DNA from: Planctomycetota bacterium
GTDB lineage: Bacteria > Planctomycetota > SZUA-567 > H5-PLA8
Assembly (NCBI GenBank): GCA_016200135.1
Contig: JACQFI010000048.1
Coordinates: 5,151 to 69,150 of the forward strand
Direction of reading: 5' to 3'
DNA length: 64,000 nt
In this document: positions 58,123 to 64,000 of the stretch, piece by piece
Position numbering within the stretch: the first letter of the stretch is position 1
Layout: every line of letters begins with the position of its first letter
Position numbers and translations under genes: made by a program
The notes under the pieces: model-generated
Seen by the model: the letters and a program-made list of their open reading frames with translations, nothing else
Told to the model about the DNA's origin: nothing
The model's database searches: none

Positions 58123-59358
58123 CTACTCCTTCCCCTTCAAGAAGTCGATCATCCCCTGCGCCGCGCGAGCGCTGGCGCCGGGGCCGCCGAGCTTGCCTGG
58201 CAGTTCGGCGAGCGCCGCGCGCTGGGCCTCGATGTATTTCTGGTCGGTGAGGCCGCGTTCGATCTCGGCGGCGATGCGCTGTGGGTTGACCTCGCCCTGG
58301 AGCAGTTCCGGGACGGCGTAGCGCCCGAGGACGATGTTCACGAGCGAGAAGCAGGGGATATCGACGAGCAGCCGCGCGATCGAGAAGCTGATCCAGCCGC
58401 CCTTGTAGACCACGCACATCGGATTGCACTGCAGTCCCGCCTCTAGCGTCGAGGTGCCGGACTTGACGACGGAGAAGTCGGAAACGGAGGGGAGAAGCGA
58501 AGCGTGGGCAATTCCTTCAACCGATGAGAGTAAGTCGCTACATCGCAGGATTTCTTGTTGTGGGCCTATCAATAGACTATTCTCCGTCGTAAGCAGATTT
58601 CCTTGTCCCTTCTCACTAGGCTCTCCACAACTTTCAAGAACGGACTTTGCCCACCACTTAAGCAATTCTGGAACACCAGATGGAACGGACATTATCGCTC
58701 GTAACTTATTTATATTTTCTTTTGCTATCCAGAATCCATTAGACATCTCTTGCCAATGTGAATCGAATTCTTTAAGCCTCGACCCCGGCAAAAAGCTCAC
58801 AGTCTTCGGTCCCGGCGGCAGCGCCAGCATCGGCGGCTTCGGCTGATCCAACAGCGGATGCCCGACGAACACCGTCTTCATCTTGCGCTGCGGCGTGCGG
58901 AACGTGTCGAAGAACGGCGGCTCGAAAGCGAAGACGCAGTACGCGCGGTCGATGTACTCGGCCATCTGCCCCGCGCGCTTGGGCTTCCACGCCCACACCT
59001 GCGGGACGATGTAGTACAGGCACGGGATGCCGAGCTTGCGGACCTCTTTAGCGAAGCGCAGGTTGAAGCCGGGGTAGTCGATGCAGATCAGCGCCGCCGG
59101 GCGTTCCTGCTTCACGCGGTCTAGCAGCTTGTAGAAGACCTGCTTGAAGAACCCGTACTTCTTCGCCACTTCCCAGAAGCCGACGACCTGCATGCCGTCC
59201 AGGTCCTTCGCGACCTCCAGGCCCGCCGCCGCCATCTTCGGCCCGCCCATGCCGACGAAACGCGCGTCCGGCTCGAGGGCCTTCCAGGCCTCGATGAGCT
59301 TCGCGCCATGCATGTCCCCGCTGGCCTCGCCGGCGAGGATGAAGTAGGTCGTGGGCAT
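58123..59358 (-). CDS. lpxB: Lipid-A-disaccharide synthase
   Basis: AGEASGD, IDYPGFNL, PQVWAW, FVGHPL, LPGSR, KSGTSTLE, PELLQ motifs. Confidence 0.93.
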   Translation of the reverse strand: MPTTYFILAGEASGDMHGAKLIEAWKALEPDARFVGMGGPKMAAAGLEVAKDLDGMQVVGFWEVAKKYGFFKQVFYKLLDRVKQERPAALICIDYPGFNLRFAKEVRKLGIPCLYYIVPQVWAWKPKRAGQMAEYIDRAYCVFAFEPPFFDTFRTPQRKMKTVFVGHPLLDQPKPPMLALPPGPKTVSFLPGSRLKEFDSHWQEMSNGFWIAKENINKLRAIMSVPSGVPELLKWWAKSVLESCGEPSEKGQGNLLTTENSLLIGPQQEILRCSDLLSSVEGIAHASLLPSVSDFSVVKSGTSTLEAGLQCNPMCVVYKGGWISFSIARLLVDIPCFSLVNIVLGRYAVPELLQGEVNPQRIAAEIERGLTDQKYIEAQRAALAELPGKLGGPGASARAAQGMIDFLKGKE

Positions 59359-59360
59359 GC

Positions 59361-59397
59361 CGTGGAGCGTAGAGCGTGGTGCGTGGAGTGTAAAGCG
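59361..59397. repeat. Heptamer tandem repeat (CGTGGAG)n
   Basis: CGTGGAG CGTAGAG CGTGGTG CGTGGAG TGTAAAG. Confidence 0.75.
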
Positions 59398-59457
59398 AGG
59401 GCGGGCGCGATTGCGGCGGTTCACCACGTAATTGATGCGGCCTGCCCAGGCAAAGCA

Positions 59458-61155
59458 CTATTCCGGCGCGCCTGCCTCGATCAAACGACCGTCACGCAGT
59501 TCCAGCACGGGCGAGTACAGGCCCAGCGGCTTGCGCGTCCACCAGAGGCCCTCGCGCGCGCGCGCGTCTTCAGACGCAAAACGGCAGTCGTAGAGCACCG
59601 CGCGAAGGTACTTCGGCGGCGCGTCGGGGAACGGGTCGCCCTCGAAGAGCCCGGCGACTTCGCGCGAGCCTTCGAGCAGGCGTTTCTCGGTGAGCAGCAG
59701 CCAGCGGTTCTGCGTGTAGCCGCCAAGGGCCGCGAACCACATCTGCCAGTCGAGCCGCGGCATGTAGGGTTCACAGAATGCCGGGGCGCGCTTGAGGTCC
59801 CCCGGCTTCCAGGGGAACGCGTACGCTCTCCACGTGCGGCCATCGGCGCTCCCTTCGAGTTCGATCTCCAAGCGCTGGGTGGTCATGCTGGCGAAAAGCC
59901 CGTAGCCGTTGAACGAGCGCAACGGCGCGAAGGCCGCGCCGCAGGTCTCCACCGCCCACGGCCACTCCGGACGCAGGCCCAGCGCCGGGCAGAGTTCCAG
60001 CGTCGTGAGTGCCAGTGCGAGCAACGCAAACGGTCCCAGCACCCACGCCGGCCACGCGCGGGTTGGCGACAGAGCCGCAGGTCGATCCACCCCCCCTGAC
60101 CCTCCCCCGCAAGGGGGGAGGGAAACGGCTGCGGCCGCCGCGCTCTCTGGACCTCCACGGCTTGAAGCAGGGGAAACGACACCGGTCGCCACGTCCCCCT
60201 CCCCCCTTGCGGGGGAGGGCCGGGGCGGGGGGTCGCGGTTTACAAATGCTTTGCGTATGAACACCGGCCAGAAGCCGTCATCCAACAGTGGCACGCAGAG
60301 CGCCACCGTCAACAGGTTGAAGAAACCGTAGTTCCCCGTCAGCGCAATCAAGAATTGTAGGAAGACCAGCGGGAAGAACGCGACGCGCCGGAAACTGCGC
60401 GGGCCCAGGATCAGGAAGGGCACGCCGAGCTCGATCGCGAAGAGCACCACCGCCGAGACGTAGTGGAACCAGGCGGGCAAGTGGTGGAAGTGCCAGCCCA
60501 CCCACGTGGGCAGCGGCTGCGTCTGGTAGTGGACTTCGAGCGCGGTGAGGCTCCACCAGGTCGGATCGCCGCTGATGAGCTTCACCATTCCAGACTGGAA
60601 CATCAGGCGAAAGAGCAGCCAGCGGATCAGAAAGACCGACATGCGCGCGGGCGCGGGAGAATTCCTGCGGTCCGGCCGCAGCCGCAGCGGCGCGAAGAAG
60701 ATCGCGAGCAACCCGGCTTCGAGCAGCAGATTGTCCCACTGAAAACCGAGGAACTCCTGGCCCGCCGTGACTAGTGAAAGGTAACAGGCCCAGAGCAGCG
60801 GCAGGCAGAGCGCGGGAGCGATATTGAAGAAGAGCAGCCCCGCCAGCAGCGTCCCGCAGGCACAGAGGCCGTGCAGCATGGCGCTGGAGGAACTCAACCA
60901 GCAGAGCGTCGGAAAGTTCCAGTAGACCGAGGAGCCGTAGAATTTGCGCAGCGCCGCGAGGTGCTCGCCGCAGGGCAGGATGCCGTTGGGCCCGATCAGG
61001 CCCTCGATCTGAACCCACAGCGAGACGAAGGCAAGCGCGTTAATCAGCCCGAGCGCCCGCAGGAAGACCCACGCGCCGATGCGTGCGTCCTCTTGCGGCG
61101 CGAAGAGGCTTCGCCAAGCGCGCCGCGCCGGCTCGAGCAGTGCGGGCGTCTTCAA
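59458..61155 (-). CDS. Lipase maturation factor family membrane protein
   Basis: FLGFQWDNLLLEAG, HYQTQPLP, TGNYGFFN, YGLFA, PRLDWQMWFAAL motifs. Confidence 0.92.
   Translation of the reverse strand: MKTPALLEPARRAWRSLFAPQEDARIGAWVFLRALGLINALAFVSLWVQIEGLIGPNGILPCGEHLAALRKFYGSSVYWNFPTLCWLSSSSAMLHGLCACGTLLAGLLFFNIAPALCLPLLWACYLSLVTAGQEFLGFQWDNLLLEAGLLAIFFAPLRLRPDRRNSPAPARMSVFLIRWLLFRLMFQSGMVKLISGDPTWWSLTALEVHYQTQPLPTWVGWHFHHLPAWFHYVSAVVLFAIELGVPFLILGPRSFRRVAFFPLVFLQFLIALTGNYGFFNLLTVALCVPLLDDGFWPVFIRKAFVNRDPPPRPSPARGEGDVATGVVSPASSRGGPESAAAAAVSLPPCGGGSGGVDRPAALSPTRAWPAWVLGPFALLALALTTLELCPALGLRPEWPWAVETCGAAFAPLRSFNGYGLFASMTTQRLEIELEGSADGRTWRAYAFPWKPGDLKRAPAFCEPYMPRLDWQMWFAALGGYTQNRWLLLTEKRLLEGSREVAGLFEGDPFPDAPPKYLRAVLYDCRFASEDARAREGLWWTRKPLGLYSPVLELRDGRLIEAGAPE
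60088..60235. repeat. Inverted palindromic element inserted in-frame in the LMF gene
   Basis: CCCTCCCCCGCAAGGGGGGAGGG and its inverted copy CCCTCCCCCCTTGCGGGGGAGGG. Confidence 0.75.
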
Positions 61156-61229
61156 GCCGGGCCTCCTGGTTGCGGCCGTGCGCCGGCCGCGCGACCGGAT
61201 AAGCTTACCGCCTTAAAGGAGGCCATGCA

Positions 61230-61520
61230 TTGGCCGGAAAGATTCGAAAAGCCAAGCCCCGCGCGCGCCGCTGGGTCGTGTACCTGCTACGCCTGCGCGG
61301 CGGAGCGCTCTATTGCGGCATCACCAACGATCTGCCGCGCCGCCTGGCCGCCCACAACTCGGGCCGCGGGGCCAAGTGCATCGTGCCCTCGAAGCGCCCG
61401 GCCAAGGTAGTTTATGTGGAAGCAGTACGCGGATTTTCCGCCGCACTGCGCCGCGAGTACGCCATCAAGAAGCTCTCCAAGGCGCGCAAGGAAGCCCTCG
61501 TGATGAACGGCAGCCTGTGA
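61230..61520 (+). CDS. GIY-YIG nuclease family protein (UPF0213-like)
   Basis: VYLLRL..GALYCGITNDL.RRL..HN, ALRREYAIKKLS; RBS AAGGAGG. Confidence 0.88.
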   Translation: MAGKIRKAKPRARRWVVYLLRLRGGALYCGITNDLPRRLAAHNSGRGAKCIVPSKRPAKVVYVEAVRGFSAALRREYAIKKLSKARKEALVMNGSL

Positions 61521-61632
61521 GCAGTCCGTGGCACGCGTGGCACCGGCGCTCAGCCTATCTAAGAAGCATCGCGGAGCGTTCCAATATTCTTGAAAGATAT
61601 AACAGCAAAATTGAGCGGCTCCGCCAAACTTT

Positions 61633-63387
61633 TTAGACAGGGGAGACGCTTGTGCCACGAAAACGACGCCGGTCCCAGAATAGAAAGGCCGCGAAGCACG
61701 CGCTCAAGAACGCCGCGACCACGGCCCGCGCGAAGCAGCCTTTCGGGCCATAATAGTGCGCGCGAATCTCGTACGCCCCCGCCGCGGGCAGCGGCACGCG
61801 CATGCGGCCGTCGGGCAGCACGTTCTTCTCGAGCTCCTCCGGCGCGACCTCGGCACCGTTCACCCACACCTGCCAGCCGGGCAGGTAGAGCTGGTTCACC
61901 AACGCCGCGCCGGGCGCCGCCAGCGTCACGCGATACGCCATGCGGTACTTGGTCGAGTCTGGCAACTCTTCCGGCTTCCCCCCGCCCTCGGCCTCGATGC
62001 GCGGCTGCTCGAGCGACGGCTTCGGCGGCGGCGTTTTGCTGAAGCGTGTGAGGAACGGGTTGTCCGCGGTGAAGTGGACGAACTCGCGCGGCATGTCCGC
62101 CTCGACTTGCCGGATCGTCTCGGTCAGATCGTACGGCTGATTCGGAAAGAAGCGTTCGAACGGCCACGCCGCCGCGAGCGCCAGCAGCGCGCCGCAGACC
62201 GCCGCGCGCACGGCTGAATGCGAGGCCGGCATCAGCGCGAGCCCCCCACAGCAGATCGCTTGAAAGACCGCCGTCATCCCCAGCAGCCGCCACGGCCACT
62301 GGATATCATGAAAAAGGCCCACGTGCTCCCAGAGCCACCCGGTCAGCGGCGTCATGAAAAAGATCGAGATGAGCAGGCCCGCGTAGCAGACGCGGATGAG
62401 CGTGTGTTTGCGCCCAAAGTACGCGCCGAGCGAGCACGCGAGAAAATGCGGCAGCCCGAGCAGGAACGGCATGCCGTCGCCACGCCCTTCCACCGATTTC
62501 CCGAAACCCCAGTTCCCGAAGAAGAATTGATCAAGAAAGACCGTGTGCTTCTGCGCGCCGTAGTACCCTGTCATGACGCTCTCGGTGCCAACGTACGGGC
62601 GCATCGTGAAGAACCCGCTCCAGTACGGCGCGCTGAAGACCAGCCCCATCCCCAGCCCCAGCGCAGCGCGAAAGAGAAGCCGCCTGCGCCGCGGCGCTTC
62701 ACAGTCCCAAACGAACCATGCGCCCGCCGCCAGGCTGCTCGCGAAGGTAAAGAGCGCGATCGCCGGATGCGCATAGATCACCGCGGCGACGCTCAGCGCC
62801 AAGCCGAGCATCGCGCCCGTGCCCGGCGCGCCGGCGTGCACGCTGCGGTGCAGCGCGGAGAGGAAGACCAGCGTCCACGGCACACAGCAGACCGCGGTGA
62901 TCTCGCCGTAATCGCCGCGTACGTGCAGATCGCACATCAGATACGGCGTGAGCAAAAAAAAGAACGCCGCCGCCAGCGCCCCGCCCCACCCAGCAATGGG
63001 TTTGACCGCGTAGTAACAGCCCATGCTCCCCAGCGTGAAGAGCACCGTCACCGGCAGGTAGATCGTGTACGCGGGTTCACGGACAAGATACGAAAGCAGC
63101 GCGCCCAGGCAGAAGAAGGCCGGCTGGTAGTAGACGAACACCGGCTCGCCGTAGCGCCCAAACGCGTCCGGCATCCAGCGCGGATAAAACTCGCCGTGCT
63201 CGAGCGCGTCCCGGAAGCGCGCGACCAGCAGCACGTAGCGGAAGCCGTCGTGCGTAGTGCCCCACACGCCGGTGAACAGCACGGGGCTTAAGCAGATCAC
63301 CGCGCCCGCAAAGACAAGCGCCCACGCCAGCGCGTCGCGTCGCCAGCCCGTCCTGCTTAATTCATCTGCGCCGATCTCGGTGGGCAT
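61633..63387 (-). CDS. Polytopic membrane protein, PTPS-related / YfhO-like (GT-C-type) family
   Basis: HDG, YPRW.PD..G.YG.P.F.YY, RGD.GE, IQWPWR, YLPGW motifs. Confidence 0.8.
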   Translation of the reverse strand: MPTEIGADELSRTGWRRDALAWALVFAGAVICLSPVLFTGVWGTTHDGFRYVLLVARFRDALEHGEFYPRWMPDAFGRYGEPVFVYYQPAFFCLGALLSYLVREPAYTIYLPVTVLFTLGSMGCYYAVKPIAGWGGALAAAFFFLLTPYLMCDLHVRGDYGEITAVCCVPWTLVFLSALHRSVHAGAPGTGAMLGLALSVAAVIYAHPAIALFTFASSLAAGAWFVWDCEAPRRRRLLFRAALGLGMGLVFSAPYWSGFFTMRPYVGTESVMTGYYGAQKHTVFLDQFFFGNWGFGKSVEGRGDGMPFLLGLPHFLACSLGAYFGRKHTLIRVCYAGLLISIFFMTPLTGWLWEHVGLFHDIQWPWRLLGMTAVFQAICCGGLALMPASHSAVRAAVCGALLALAAAWPFERFFPNQPYDLTETIRQVEADMPREFVHFTADNPFLTRFSKTPPPKPSLEQPRIEAEGGGKPEELPDSTKYRMAYRVTLAAPGAALVNQLYLPGWQVWVNGAEVAPEELEKNVLPDGRMRVPLPAAGAYEIRAHYYGPKGCFARAVVAAFLSACFAAFLFWDRRRFRGTSVSPV

Positions 63388-63439
63388 ATGCGCATACTCT
63401 ATTCAGGTTCCCGCCGAATTCATCCGTGGTTCGCCAGGA

Positions 63440-63810
63440 AGTCGCCCCCTCATCTGCCTTTCGCTCCATGCTCATCGCTTCTCGCTTCTCGCTCCACGTC
63501 TCAACCGCCGTTCCCCTCTCCCTCTCAGGGAGAGGCCGACGTGAGCACAGCGAACGCGGGTGAGGGTGTGCGCTGCCGGTCACCGCCGCCCACACCCTCA
63601 TCCCGGACTCGCTACGCTCGTCTCGGCCTTCTCCCTACAGGGAGAAGGCAAGTGCCGCCCGCCCGCATCTGTCTTTCGCACAACGCTCTTCGCTCTTGCT
63701 TTTCGCTCCACGCTCTACGTCTCGCCCGCCGTTCCCCTCTCCCTCTCAGGGAGAGGCCGACGTGAGCGCAGCGAACGCGGGTGAGGGTGTGCGCTGCCGG
63801 TTCACCGTCC
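63440..63810. repeat. Composite REP/BIME-like repeat (two ~221-bp-spaced direct copies flanking an inverted unit)
   Basis: TTCCCCTCTCCCTCTCAGGGAGAGGCCGACGTGAGC...GGGTGAGGG at 63511 and 63732; inverted CCCTCATCCC...TTCTCCCTACAGGGAGAAGG between them. Confidence 0.8.
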
Positions 63811-63849
63811 GCCCACGAACTCGCTGCGCGAATTTCAAGAAATGGGAGA

Positions 63850-63999
63850 CTACTTGCCGCTGCCGTACCCGCTGAGGAGCAGCGTCGTCTTGTCGCCGTT
63901 GGCCGCGAAGTGTTCGGCCTTCACCAGGCCCGTCAACGGCACGGACAGGTTAATCCAGTATATCTCGTCGGAAGGCGGGCCCTGCTTGCCTTCGCCGGC
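63850..63999 (-). CDS. C-terminus of a hypothetical protein, truncated by window edge
   Basis: Open frame ...EIYWINLSVPLTGLVKAEHFAANGDKTTLLLSGYGSGK* with GC3 bias. Confidence 0.65.
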   Translation of the reverse strand, partial: AGEGKQGPPSDEIYWINLSVPLTGLVKAEHFAANGDKTTLLLSGYGSGK

Positions 64000-64000
64000 G

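Noticed and set aside
61230-61520. GIY-YIG gene as a mobile or homing element
   Set aside because: Small stand-alone UPF0213-like type with normal GC and no intron or IS context

Overview
GC-rich (roughly 65-70%) Gram-negative bacterial chromosome segment. It is probably Planctomycetota, inferred from Hanks kinase/ECF/zf-HC2 clusters, PQQ-repeat and DUF4091 proteins, 'RFxLxTL' N-terminal anchors and lpxB. There are about 55 CDS. Housekeeping genes include glyQS, tpiA, secG, pheA, greA, an aspartate aminotransferase, yicC, recQ, lpxB and arginase. The rest are carbohydrate-active, regulatory or hypothetical genes. I found no tRNA, rRNA, CRISPR, transposase or integrase. The most notable non-annotated structure: (1) a gene-free region at 44.2-44.9 kb holding an ~11-bp-phased, single-strand array of DnaA-box-like 9-mers ending in a perfect TTATCCACA plus an AT-rich tract, i.e. 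a candidate oriC not linked to dnaA; (2) sharply bounded AT-rich patches inside intact conserved genes (PIG-L deacetylase, lpxB), with a recurring G/T-biased left flank and C-biased right flank, suggesting focal strand-polar mutagenesis or segment swapping; (3) many intergenic 7-bp-period tandem repeats, several as inverted pairs, plus REP-like palindromes, one inserted in-frame in a gene; (4) an MshEN-like/Hanks kinase fusion beside an ECF pair, two sigma54 promoters, a leader terminator before the aminotransferase-greA operon, and a membrane-anchored His-Gly/Cys peptidase-like protein. All functional calls come from motif recognition only; no searches were run.
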